Positions 10,995-24,700 of a stretch of 64,000 bases of DNA are shown piece by piece; within the stretch, counting starts at the first letter, position 1; the number at the start of each line of letters is the position of its first letter. The notes below the pieces were generated by a model, which had not been told where the DNA came from, did not search any database, and was given only the letters and a program-made list of their open reading frames with translations. Made by a program: the position numbers and the translations under genes. Origin of the DNA: Antedon mediterranea (lineage: Eukaryota; Animalia; Echinodermata); the NCBI RefSeq assembly GCF_964355755.1, contig NC_092680.1:3658001-3722000 (forward strand). Direction: 5' to 3'.

Positions 10995-13841
10995 CTACTT
11001 TGTAGACTCCATAGTCAATGCAATGCTCTTCTCTGCCCGTTTGTTCAGATTATGACAATCTGCAAGAATATCTGTATTTGAAAAAAATATCAATCAATCA
11101 ATCAATCGTTCGATTTATATAGCGCCATTCCAACAGAATAGAATTTAATTAATCAGCAACCACCATTAAATAAGTAATACACGTAAAGTGTTTTGATTGT
11201 ATTAATACAGTACCTCTAATATTTTGTTCAATTTGTAATATGTTTGTATCTTCAGATGGTTTCTTAGACAACATGACATCATCAACCCATGGAACTGGTA
11301 GTGGAGACTCTCGAATCGGTCCTTCTCGAGGTGCTGGGGAAAAAGAAATATTAAATTGGTATAATTAGTATACCCTAATTAAAACTCATTAAATATTTAT
11401 GCTACCTGAATATTAATTGGTATAGTCTTATTTTCATCTATTATAAGTTATGAGGTTCGAAAGCAAAGCCGAAATTATAAGTATACAGTGTAAATAAAGC
11501 TATATCTTATTATAGATTTGACATCATCAGTGCTTGGTTCCCGCTTGGAAGTAATGTAACGATGTAAGCTCACAGTTATTGATGTGATGGAGCATCCAAA
11601 ATGTCACCTGTGAACTCACTTGTTTTGCACCTACGTGGTTGCGTTGTGACCAAGTAGGAGCCAAGTTTTAATAAGTCATAGGTCATCAAGGTCAAGTTTT
11701 TCAACAATCACACATACCCTCAAAGCAGGCATCAATTTCTTGGCACAATTTGAATAAGTCGCTACCTGGACCTGAAAGCCTATTCCCATCAAGTGTCCGC
11801 AGTGAGGGCAGCAGATAACAAATTGTTATTGTGTAACTTTGATCTTTGCATATTGGATTATCTAACTTATTCACAATGTCTTGCAGTCGTAATGTTTTAA
11901 GGAATTCAAGGCCAGCTAGTTTGCTCACACTGTCAAAACTGAATTAAAGAAAGAAAATCATATAACATCATTATTATCTTATTATCAGCATCTGCATACA
12001 TGCCAACATCTAAAGCCTTGTCTACACTATCAAACTTCATGCGACAAAAAATGTGATGTGCCCATATATGGACATGATGATGTCATATCACTACCATATT
12101 TGGACACATCACATTATTTTGTCACATAAAGTTTGATAGTGTAGACAAGGCTTTAGTTTAAAAAACGGGAGCTGGTGTTTTTTTTATGTCACAGTACCTT
12201 CTATCTATTATCGAGAGGTAAAGAGTGCAGTGTGACGTCACAAGCGGTATCGCAAGAAGCAGTATCATAAATTGTATTTAATGCTTACCTGTTGATCAAG
12301 TTTCCAGCAGCATTCAAAGATTGTAAACTATCTAGACAACCAACTGGCTCTGAAAATGAATAATGTTATAAGTTGTAAAAGTAGATATTTTTTCATATAT
12401 TTTCAAATATAATGGCCTATTTTGAGACTTAAAAATATTACATATTTACATTGTTTTATGTTTTAATGTATGCTTTGAGTGCTGGTGTGGCACGCCTTAT
12501 GGCGACAGTGGTCCTTCGACCTCTTTTGCCACTCCTTGGCACACTCAAAGTTTATGTGTTGTTTTAATGTTGCTAAAATTAATAAAATAAAATAAATAAA
12601 TAAACAATGGTGAGGTTGATTGTAGAGTTGCCCTGGTCCTCTCCACACTCCCAACATTTTTTGCTAATGACTGTAAATGGGATTATCTCTTTTGAAAAAT
12701 GTGTTCATGTTGGTTTACTCACCTAAATCTGTGATTTGATTGGCTGATATGTTGAGATCAGTAAGTTGCTTTAACTTGTTGATTGGCAGCAGACTTGTAA
12801 TACAGTTGTGAGAGACATCCAACCTTTCAATATTCTCACAATGTCTGATGTAACCTAGGTCCTTGATGCCTGCACAGATATCGTGTAAAAAAAAAAAAAA
12901 TAATTAAACACCCCAATTAAATGAACCACAACAAACCACAATGAATTGCATCAAACCAAAATAATGAACCACAGTGAACTCCAATGAACCAGGGTTAGAT
13001 GAAACAACCAGTGATGTAAATGTAATGAGGGAATAACCTGCAACTTGCAGCCTACTGGGCTCAATTGCACACAGGTGAGGACGACACACACAACTTTCTA
13101 CTCCCCTATGTAAGGGTCCCTTCATGTGAGTGAACTTGAAGCCATGAAGGTTTATGCTATGCCCAGCGATCTTGAATTGTTATATAGTCCATTTGGTGCA
13201 GTTCAGTGGAGTAATTCATTGGTGGACGTTCATCGAGAATGCTGTATTTCATTGGAATTTGTTTTGGTTTTTGATGTCCGATGTAATTTGTCGGACCGGT
13301 AACCTGATTGGGATGTGTTGTTACCTTTTTGTTTAAAATTCAAATAATGAATACTAGTAACATCAAATTCTCCTGAAACTCTTTTCAGTACTTCAACAGT
13401 AATGGTCTCAACTGCATCATCTAAAAAAAGAACGTTCAATGTTTATAAATTATATTATTTGTTTGAGCATGTTTCTCTTGGCCACAATTTAAAATAAAAC
13501 AGTTTTAATTTTTTAATCTGAGTTGCCAAAACTGGCTTACCCTGCATTTATATAGAATAAATGTTTAGGCAGATCGAGGTAGGCCTCTGCTAGGGTCTAG
13601 TAGCCTAATCCTACAGTGTAGGGTCTAGGCCTACCCTCTAATATTAGATAGTAGCCTATCTAGCTACAGTATTTTGACTGACTTACTCTGTAGAGGATGC
13701 ATAGTCTAGACAAGCAAGGAAGGGTGCCTAGCTTCTAGGCCTAGGCTACGACAATGTGGTTTATTTATCTATTTATTAAAAGGAGAGTATTATCATAACT
13801 GCATTACAAACCATACTTTCTTTTTCTGTAAATTCAGCCAT
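10995..13841 (-). CDS. LRRC61: Leucine-rich repeat-containing protein 61, ~248 aa; exons 13841-13817, 13420-13325, 12869-12723, 12349-12289, 11938-11718, 11333-11214, 11071-10995
   Basis: Spliced peptide ITVEVLKRVSGEFDVTSI..GIKDLGYIRHCENIERLDVSHN..LQSLNAAGNLI..LRLQD..LDNPIC..LLPSLRTLDGNRLSGPGSDLFKLCQEID..PWV..ILADCHNLNKRA parallels LRRC61 along its length. Total 747 nt in frame, GT-AG introns. The first exon is the least certain. Confidence 0.9.
12014..12152. mobile_element. MITE family A, full copy. Others: ~10861-10968, 17405-17860 (interrupted), 18979-19127, 28976-29115, 31795-31918, 32957-33094, 33502-33642, 35684-35850, 36472-36603, 39231-39281, 53472-53581, 57736-57887, 62998-63164
   Basis: ~24-bp TIR AGCCTTGTCTACACTATCAAACTT / AAGTTTGATAGTGTAGACAAGGCT, flanked by TAA and TTA (TWA sites as in PIF/Harbinger). 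Shared internal CCATATATGG and ACTACCATATTTGG motifs. Confidence 0.85.
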
Positions 13842-13982
13842 TATAAAGGTCTGGCTCAGTCATATTTATTAATTTTATGAACAATTCATGCAGTCTGTTG
13901 TTTGTTTGACGTCGCTGTGGATTTTTTATTTCTTAATTTTCTAAAACAAGTTGTATAGCGCCACCAGTATTATAGTCGATCC

Positions 13983-14058
13983 ACCCGAGATCTATATATA
14001 TAGATAGATCAAGATCTGTATTATATAGATCAAGATCTGTATTATATAGATCTCGGGT
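13983..14058. repeat. Small palindromic element upstream of LRRC61
   Basis: ACCCGAGATCTATATA ... TATATAGATCTCGGGT with an internal duplication of TAGATCAAGATCTGTATTATA. Confidence 0.6.
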
Positions 14059-15683
14059 CAAGATCGAATAAATTGTTGTCTCTGCAATTTGGTTAATCAG
14101 TCCTCAAAAAAACACATTTGCTTTATGTTTGCTATATTTATTTATATTAAAGTTTATAAGAAAACTCAGGTCTTAGTCCTCCACATAACTTTAGTAATGC
14201 ATCAAAAGTCTTTTATCTAGGGAGCCTCATTTTCATCCCCTTAAATAACGCACAACAAATAAAAGAAACAAGTCAATAATGTATTAATTACTTTTATTAG
14301 TTTGCTCAAACGGGGCGACTGTTGTGTAGGCTAAAATATAAACAGGGGACTAGGTTTTCACACCCTCTGTTCGTTTATTCTTAATCATCGTAAACGGGAA
14401 AACATAGACTACCTACATGATAATGCGAACTATAAGATCACAAATGTATAAATACAATCTGGTTGCAATTACGTGAAAGAATAACCTTTAACCTACTAGA
14501 TAACGTTTGGTGATAAAACGTTTCAATGAAGAATCACAACGTAAATGAAACAAACTAGGGATTTTATTTTAAACATAGATAATTTTGCTTTTAATAACCT
14601 AGCTGATTTTTTTCTTGGTAAAATCTACAATAGTTCCAGATATAAACTGCCTACTGAAAACACTGCACGAGACCAAGCAGTTAGTTCTATTAACTCAATA
14701 TAGCGTTAAATTAATTAAAAAATAAAGAAAAATTATTTCAAAGATTGAATTAGGTTTTCTAACATCATATACATTACAGCTACAGACAACATCTTTGGAA
14801 TAAAAATTACTGTATGAAAAAAAAAATATTTATATATGATTATCTGTATTAATAACATGTAAGCCTATGGACACAGTGATACTAAAAGTTATAGGAAGGG
14901 TTGGAACTTGGTAACGTACCATCACAGAACGAGTCTGCTCATTGGTCGATGATACCACAAGTTACAGTAATCAACAAATTAGGGAGATCAGTTTATTGAG
15001 GGAAGGGTAATTCTGTTAATTATTATTCAGCTGTCAAAATACATAACCTAAACAAAATGAATACATAAATAGTGTACAAAGAACTGGAAAATATCGGCCG
15101 GAACATGGCTTATGAATGTTTATTTATTGTAATACTGATACATGAAATGATACCCAGATATATTTAGTTTTACCGTCAACAACACAAATGTCTTCATCGT
15201 TTTAATCAATGCTCCATGTGCAGTGCCTACAATATTTAATCAATATTTTTTTTTTCTTTTTTTAAATAATTTTAGCTTATGGGTGCCACTAAAGCCTACA
15301 TTTACACGTTATCTAACCTAAAGCTCTGTCGTCGTCCAATTATCTTTTCATAGCGTTCTTTATGCTTTCCAATTCCTGATTAAACTTTCCCTTATTACAC
15401 AGTTGATAACAATTTTTTGGACTAACTATTCCCGGGGGTAAGGAACCATGGAGGAAGGGAATCCCTACCCCCTACACAGCATCACATTGGAGTGTAATAT
15501 TTAAAAAAATAAATGAAAAAAAAATGCAACAAATATAGAAATTTGTATTCAAGTACAGAACATGCTGGTACTCCCGAAAAATTTCATTGGATTTCTACCA
15601 TAACCAGGATAAGTAGAAGAGATGATAAAAGATGTTTACAGAAGTATAGAAAGTTTGTCAAATAGATTGATAGTAGTAGAGAT

Positions 15684-15766
15684 TTACATAGCATTCAAGT
15701 CAGCAAGGGTCTGATCCAACTCATCAGCAACCCGTCGGGACTTCTCCTTCTCCATGAACAACTCAT
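15684..15766 (-). CDS. TPM: Tropomyosin distal terminal exon 9
   Basis: ttacag| (D)ELFMEKEKSRRVADELDQTLADLNAM*, 83 nt, phase 1. Confidence 0.9.
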
Positions 15767-18700
15767 CTGTAAGGCGGAGTAAAGAAGCGAAAAGAAAAAA
15801 AAATGAATGTAAAAATATAGTAAGAGAGAAGGATAGATAGAAATAAATTGCAGAAGCACTGATAAAAGCACTTATTGTAAATATAATTAGCACAAAAAGC
15901 AACCAAGCAAATATTAGAGGAAAATGTTAAAAATCACAATATATATTCTACGTACATATATGTATGCAAAATTTATGTTGACATTATTACTACCACCACC
16001 ACCACCATATGCTTCTACCCTATACAGCACCCTAGGAATGACCGCACTTCAAGCTTAATTAGGTCTATCGGCCTCTACAGACGGCCATTTTTATTTATTA
16101 AATCTTTTTCCTACAAAGTTATATTATCTATACCTAATTTTACCATGGAATGTCTATCAATATAATCAGACAATAATTTGTATAATTTTGCGTAAAACTA
16201 TTGCAAAGCCCAGTCCACACTACCAAACTTGTGAGGAAAAAAGGTGTCCATAAATGGGCGTGGTATCACATTACATATCAAATCACATAAAAACAGTGAA
16301 AAAGCAATTTGTTAGTTAAATTTAAACATATAGGATTTAGTCATAATTGTTCAAATAAATTTGATAGAATTTGTTGAGTGTGAAAGGGCTTTACTTATTT
16401 TTTTAAAAAAATGAATTTATTTTTCATAACATGATCAAAAAGTTAATAAAAGTTAATTTATAATATGTTGATTCAGGCTTAATAAGAAAAAGCCACATCT
16501 ACAAATTACACTATATTGTAGGCAATAACACAGTATATATAAATTACAAGAGTCTCTATCATGTGTATGCAAATGGACTACATGTCCCTACATTGGCAGA
16601 TAATGACAAAATGCAAACAAAATAATTAATGATTATTTTCTTAAATTCTAGAAAAAAAAAATCAATTGCCTGTAGGAATATGTTTACAGAATTGGGTAGA
16701 AATTAATTAACTAGGAAAAACACACAAATATAATTGTGTAATATAAAACATTTTTAATCAATCACTTTTATTATATATATATATATAAAAAAAGAACCAG
16801 ACATATCATTGGTCCTGTAATTCCATCATTTGGTCAAGCAACCCCCGGTACATTGGTGACCGGCAAGCAAGATGAAAAATAAGCACAAAAAAACAATAAT
16901 AAAAATACAAAATAAGAGTGTTTGACTCCATGTGCTTTTTGTCATTATTAACTCTTTTCACTTGCACAACATTTTTTCTAAACACAATCTATGTCTACAA
17001 ATAAGTTGGTCACTTGTTCTCGAGGTGTTAAGCTTGACCTTGCCACGTATAACTGAAAGAGAAAAAAAAAAATCAGAAAATTATAATAACAAAATTTTAG
17101 CAAATTGCACAGGTAAGCCTGCCACCATTTTCAGTAATTAACATTTTTCAGTATGTTTTATGATTATCTTATTTTGTCACCCGATTCTCATTTATATGGC
17201 ATTAAACTGTATGCCCAGTATCATAGGAAAATTCTGTAATACAATGTCACATGTATCACACAGGCTTATGGCCAACTACAAGAAATAACCGCCCCAGAAC
17301 GGGTACCTCTCCCCACCCCAATGCAGTAGTTTAAACACAATTCACAGTACAAATTTCGTTCATGTTGATATTCCATAGTTCCCAGTAGGGTAACATTCTG
17401 GCACAAAGTGTGATGTCATCAAATATGGTAGTAATAAGCCCAAATATGGTAGTGAAATGACATCATATGTCCATATATGGGCACATCACATTTTTACTTG
17501 GGGTACCCGAGTCTACAGTAAGACTCTCTCATCTTCTCTTCCATCCAACACTATTGAGTAAAAAGTGCAAATTATAAAAGTACTACTCCTCTCTTATTCA
17601 TTGTACTATTGAGCTGGGATTTGGCATGAAAATACTACAGAGACATGTCCTCAAAGCTATAGAGCCGGATTTTTTAATTTCAACCGGATGCAGCCATATG
17701 ACGTCTAGAAGATGGTACCGTATAGCCGTAGCGAGGTTATTGATGTCTTGTGACGTCACATCCCGTCTTTTGACGTCATTACGGCTTCGTTTGCTGTACC
17801 CCAAGTATCGCACATTCATGCTTGTTTTGTAACATAAAGTTTGATAGTGTGGACAGAGCTTTAGCTAACAACATAATAATTATGTTCAAACTAACCTTAT
17901 TTACATAGCATTAACTTCCAGAAGTAGGTTATCCAATTCTTGTTTAGCCGCTTCATATTTTTTTTGCTCCTTCTCAAGATCATCTGGAAAAGATATGAAA
18001 TGATATTATGTTACATATATCCTCAATTTTTGTAATTTTCAAGCATATAATTATAGAAATAGAACATAAAATTCTAAAAAAATTGGGATTAGACTTTCTA
18101 CACACCCACAACAGCGACAGTTCGAAAGATGCGTTGGGTACTTTGAAGTGCACATGTAAGCACTGGACCTACCGTTTTATCAGATTCTCATATCTCAAAA
18201 TATGGCATAATTTGCCCAGTATCATAGGCGAATTCTGTAATACGGTGTCACATGTATCACATGTGGTACCTACATTATGTTAAGTTTAGGCTTATGTGAC
18301 ACTGTGTCATAGAAATTGCCTATGATTACTATGTATATACTATACATACAGTACAGAACTGTGAATAGGCTACTAGTTTTACATCCTTATTATCCAAGAA
18401 GACAACTATCAAAAAAATGTTCGAGTAGTTTTTTATATACGCATCCAACAGCGAGTAATTTGCCAATAACCACTCAGTCACTCAACTCAAGATTAACTGC
18501 AATTTTTATTTCATAATAAAGTTGATTTTTTACTGGGTAAATCAGAACCTTAGTTTATGAATATATCATTTCTTGAATGGTCCATTTACATTCATCGTGA
18601 GCCATTTTATGATTCTTAATTATGAAATTTATTCTTTTGCTTTTTTATTTGTGAAATAACTTCAAACTTGAAAGGAAATTCCAAATGTTTTAAACCAAGA

Positions 18701-21700
18701 ATTATTTTTTATTAATATGTATAATAAACCAATTATTTGTTGGATGATATTGCTAGTTAACTAGCATGGCAATATTTACCTATATTGTATCATAATATAC
18801 ATACAAAATAAATACAAAAAAATTAATATTCGAATTAAACTCCAAATGGGTAGAATAAATCAACAACAGTACTTTGACTTTCCTAAACTATGTTAACATT
18901 TATTTATTTAGTTATTTTAAAGATAAGTTTATTTTTTGTAACAACTGTAAGTATTTAAAGGCAAATAAGGCAACCTAAAGCTCTGTCTACACTATCAAAC
19001 TAGTTAGACAAAAAAGTGTAATGTGCCCAAACATGATGGTAATATGCCAGTGATATGACATCATCATGTCCATATATGAGCACATCAAATTTTTTTTCAC
19101 ATAAAGTTTGATAGTGTAGACAGAGATTTACAAATGTTAATGCCGATAAACAGAATATTCGACTACTACAGATATTGACATAACTGAACCATTAGACAAC
19201 AGAGACCAAGTCTAACTGGGCCATTTGAATTTTGTTATTATTGAACTGATTGTTAATTTAAACATTATTTACTGTCTGCTATTCAATGTTTGATTTCTTC
19301 TATTAAATTGTATATTTTATCCAACTGGTAGTTCTCTACAGTATTAAGATGAAAAAATAGCTGCTGCATTACGGGAGCATGTTTCCATACACATTTGATT
19401 TTAAAAAATGACCGGGATAATAATGTGAAGATATGCTTAAACTTATTGTGCATTAAGCGATATATAAGAACGAATATTATTATTATTAAAAACAAATGTA
19501 TCCAACAAATGTCATAAAAGAGAACAATTAAAAGATAAAAAACTAGCTGCTGCATTATGGGAGCATGTTTCCATACGTGTTTGATTTATAAACGGGATAA
19601 TAATATGAAGATAATGCTTAGAAGTATTGTACATTCAGCGCTTTTATAAGAATGAATATTATTATTATAAAAAACAAATAATAAAAGAGAAAGACAATTA
19701 AAAATTCTTGACGACAAAAAATGACCGACTGGATTCTAACAACGATAGGATGCAATGAAAAGACTGTGACAAATCACAAATGAAATATAACGAACCTCTG
19801 AACAGTTGGCTGATTGGTTAAAAATAATTTAACATTTGTAAAAAGATATTTTATCTGTCTGTATTGGTATTTGTGAGAGTTTTAAATATGTAGTGTTTTT
19901 TTTCACACGGAATAATCAAAGTTATTACCTTCATCTTGCCTTTCATCTTCACAATTCTGGATCATAGTTTTTATTTGAAGTTATTTTTAATCTTTTCTCC
20001 ACAAAAACACAATATTAAAGTCTATAATCTATGATCACACCATGCAGTTTGGATGTTTGTTTGTTGTAATTTTTCCACAAAATCATGCAGATATCAATTG
20101 AGGGCGCTAACAATTACGGTTGAGCGTGCATAGTTGTGTTTACACTTTATAATTATGTTGCGTTTTACAGTGAATTAATAATGTAATGTATACATGAACA
20201 TGCCATGAAAATTATCCATTAAAACGTTTTAATAACAATTCTTTTGTAATGGAATAACAAAAATAATATTACTGGTTATGAATTAATAGTACCTACAAAA
20301 TGAATATATTTATATTTTATAGTTTACTATAGCGAAAGTCTTGAAACACTGAATTTAATAGACCTGTTTTTTCTCATATTTTGACATCAAATTTTTTATA
20401 CTGTATTTTATATTTTTCAAAATTCAAATGATCTACTGTATTTTTCCAACACAAAACTGTTTTCTCCAACCTCAACACAACAAACTAAATTGATCTATGA
20501 TTATTACCAAAATGATTAAAAAACTTAGGTTAGTTACAAATATTATTTCACAATCAAATGAGTTTACAGTGGAACATCCATCCATTAAGAGGACACCTTC
20601 GGGACCCAACTAAGTGTTCCCTGAATAGGGGTTGGCATTGGTGTTAAAACATATATTGCCTCTCATACATGTCCCCTGTATGGGGGTCCCAAATGAGCGC
20701 CTTAAACTGCAATTCAAACCCCACAGACTGAGACTGAAGCTAATTTGAGTATAACAGTTCAACTTGAAATTACAGAATTACTCAATTTAATTTAAGATTT
20801 AGTAGTTTTTGATGACAATGATGATCTATACAATCTATTATAATTCTTAAGTTATATATTTTAAATAATAAAAACATTCCTACATTATATTTAAGATTTA
20901 TATAATAATATGTGACAATAATAATATCATAATGTAGTTATGATGATTAATAAATTTAAAAAATGGCATTTTATGTTCTAAAACTTGGAAGGAAATAAAA
21001 AGTGATAAAATCGTGCAAAAACAAATGCTTTGTATGTATCATTCCTCAACTGAAAACTAACACCAGGAATTTTAAGTAATTTATCAGACATGTGAAATTA
21101 GAGGCTGTTTATGAAGAATCATACAACAATTATGAGCATGATGAGGGGAAGTATAAAAAATAAAATAAATAACTATATGTAGTTTGGAAGGGCTGGTCTT
21201 AGGATGTATTCAAATTATAAACTGTGTGAATAGATAGTAATTTATGTAACTTCTATTCTGTGTGTGAATCATACCTATAGATATAGTAATCTATATAACT
21301 TCTATTCTGTGTGTGAATCGTACCTATAGATATAATAATCTATGTAACTTCTATTCTGTGTGTGATTCATACCTATAGATATAGTAATCTATGTAACTTC
21401 TATTCTGTGTGTGATTCATACCTATAGATATAGTAATCTATGTAACTTCTATTCTGTGTGTGAATCGTACCTATAGATATAGTAATCTATGTAACTTCTA
21501 TTCTGTGTGTGAATCGTACCTATAGATATAGTAATCTATGTAACTCCTATTCTGTGTGTGAGTGAATTGTACCTACAGAGTTTAATAAACCTGACCTCCA
21601 ACCCCTGAAATTTGTTTTGTTTACTTGCTTTAAAATATCTCATTAAATTAAAACATTCCAAAATAGCTACAAATCTATTGTGTCACAGTTAATGTGGAAA

Positions 21701-24700
21701 TGAAAATTTGAAAATAGATTTATGAAATAATGGACATGCCTGGGTAATAGGATACAGAGGCGGAATACAATGCTTATACTGGGTAATTTTCTAGTCACAT
21801 GCTCAATATTAAGCCCTCCTTTCGATGCAAATTGTAGCATTGTGAAAAAAAAACAGGAACATTCTAAACCTACATGTCCTTAATAGTACACAGCAGAGGT
21901 ATGAATATATGTTAGCAAACAGTGGTTATTTTAGCATGCAATCTGGTACATTCTCAAATTAATGAGTAACACTCAAAAAACCATTCTCACACTCAAATCT
22001 TACACTGGATTCTCTCCTCATAATGAGGTTACAATCAAAAACACAAAGAATTTTTTTTTAAATTTAAAACAAACAATAAGAAAAACAGGCTAGGGAAAAA
22101 AAATCATATGAATGTAAAATAAACTTATATATTAAAACATTCAATAGAAACAAATTCATAATTGAAAGAAAATATTGAAAATAGATAGAACAGTAGTGGT
22201 GGTGGTAGTGATATGAAAATATTAACTGTTAAAATTTAACTTAAATATAAAAAACTTAATTATAACTGTACTATTATAGTTATACCGTAACACATATACT
22301 GTATATAACTAAAAACTCACTGGTCTTAACATGGAAACACAACGATACAACCTTATTACTACTACTACTCTGGCTTTACATACATACACAATATATACTG
22401 TATTTTGAACACAGCAAAAACTATTCAACATTAGGTTAATTTTCAAAGACAAAAAAAAACCGTCCATATTTTTTAATATCGAAACCAATATTCTCTCAAC
22501 TGCAAATATGATTAGTGGGTCAAAGTTCACCAATTTAATTAGCAGGTCAAAGTTTACAGGAACAAGCGCAACAGTGATCATACTCACTAGCTTCTTCCCA
22601 TAACTCTCTTTTTGCACCTACGGCAAATTGTCATTTTTCTCAGTGTTTGAAATTTATCTACCAGAATAGAAGCAAAAACAATAATGCAAAATGTGGTGTT
22701 TAGTTTAAAATTTTCATTTGCATTTCAATTTTGTGAAATTCTCTATTTTATGACCTGTAAACTTTGACCCCAACATATTTAGCCAGTTCAATGAAAATGG
22801 CTAACCATTTAGATAAAAAAATAAAAAATGGTGCAAAAATCCCGAAATATTGTGAAAATTAATCTAAACACTACACACTGTGCATTTATCTAGTTACAGT
22901 AATTTTAAATAATTTTATTTGAACATAACTTTTTCAATGAAACATTATTAAATCCTTATAAATAAGCCTAGTCTACACTAGGAGACTTGATCAAACTTTA
23001 ATTTGCAAGAACCGCATATTTATCCGCAAGTTTGTTAGTGGAGACTAGGCTTTACACCAACAGTACTTAGACAATACTAACACACTTCCTGGAAAATGGC
23101 TTTCTATATCCACACATGCAAATTACTAATTTTAATAATGTAAAATAATCACCTGCATTCACACATGAATGTAAAATTAAGAAGAGTGAAAAGAGAAACA
23201 TACCTTCCAACTGATCAATAGTGACACGGATTGTTTTCTCAGACCTCTCTGCGAACTCGGCTCTTGTCTCGGACTATAAACAAAAAGCATTTTGATTTAG
23301 GCAGGTAAATAAAGTATCCAATCAAAATGAAGTATGGAAGTTTTCTGCCATTAATTAGGTATCCCAATGAAAGCGCACAGAGGGGTATCACTTTTGAAAT
23401 ATTGACGAAATTCGAAAAAGTAGTATGACTTTGATGTTAAATAAATCGTATTCAATCTTAATTAATACTTACAAAATTTATATTGTTTGAAAGTACTTGT
23501 TTTAATCTATGTATAAGTGTGTTTATAATTAAAATTAATGAATTAGTTGCCGAGAAAATGCGATTTTAAAACGGTTCTAAAATCCCGTCGAGCCGATTTC
23601 CGCGCGTTGAAAACCTCATCGGAAAATCCCCATCAGTTTTCAAAACACGATCGCTCGATTACCATTGGAGCTAGCGGATTAATTTTTGTTGTATGTTATC
23701 AGGCTTTAAATAAGCTTTAATTTGATACGAAAATCGTCTTCTATAAATAGGTTTTTCGTAACGAAAAGTCAATTTTTGTGACAAAAATCCAATTTTGATT
23801 CACCGTTTATGGAAAAATATTATGGATTTTGGTATTAAATTATAGCTAAATCTACATTGAAATCGATAAAACATAGTTTACAAACGTATTGTGCATGGTA
23901 ATTGTGCGAACTACATTTTAAAATGGTGCATGAGGCGTAAATCCCGTTCAAAATTTTAAAGATCCAACCATTATAATCCGGTGAATATTGTAGTGAGTAA
24001 AATATTGTACTCTAAAATACGCGCGTGTTTGTTGTGGCGTTTTCCGTTAAATACATTAATGCACCCTATCAGCGAATGGTACGTTCCATATTTTGAACAC
24101 GTTGTTTAGTTTTCCTCGCTCGGGGTCGACCGGCTCGACGCGAGATGTGTGACAGCAGCGATGTCGGAGATTGACATGTCCTTTTCCGTCGTAGAATATC
24201 TGGTTTTACACATTAATTTAACAACTTAAAATTGATGTAATGTGCGGAAGATTTATTATGCAAGTATACAATGCAAATGCGTTAGGTTAAAATGTACCGA
24301 GGAAATTTATTAAGCTAATTTACCAACGTTACATTTGACTCTGTATACGGCGGCCGAAAGTCATTAACTGCGACCGAAATACTTTAACGGGAGCGACTAC
24401 TGATCGCGAGTAAGCCGTGACTTGGCCTAAACTTTAGCTCCGTATTTCAATTTAATAACGTAATAATACGAAAAGAAAACAATTTTTATAATGTTATATA
24501 TACTATTCAGGTAAACAATTAATTGTTTTAATTAACATTGATTATTTTAAATGAGTTTATTTTGACCCATATTGTGCGTTTGCCTTAAAAAGAGCATATC
24601 TTACTTAGCAGCCCGGCTTAGATTTGGTGTCATAATCATATGGGCCTAAAATCTTGTTTTACGTATTCAAAAGTTATATATAATAGTATTTATGATTGAA

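Noticed and set aside
19355-19705. Local ~190-bp tandem duplication with a 90-aa ORF (similar duplications at 4545-4720, 48460-48740, 58253-58420)
   Set aside because: Degenerate non-coding duplications; the ORF has low-complexity AT-driven composition.
19929-19998. Possible alternative tropomyosin exon 8 (..CEDERQDE g|gtaat)
   Set aside because: An in-frame TAA lies within the expected 70 nt and there is no good acceptor.
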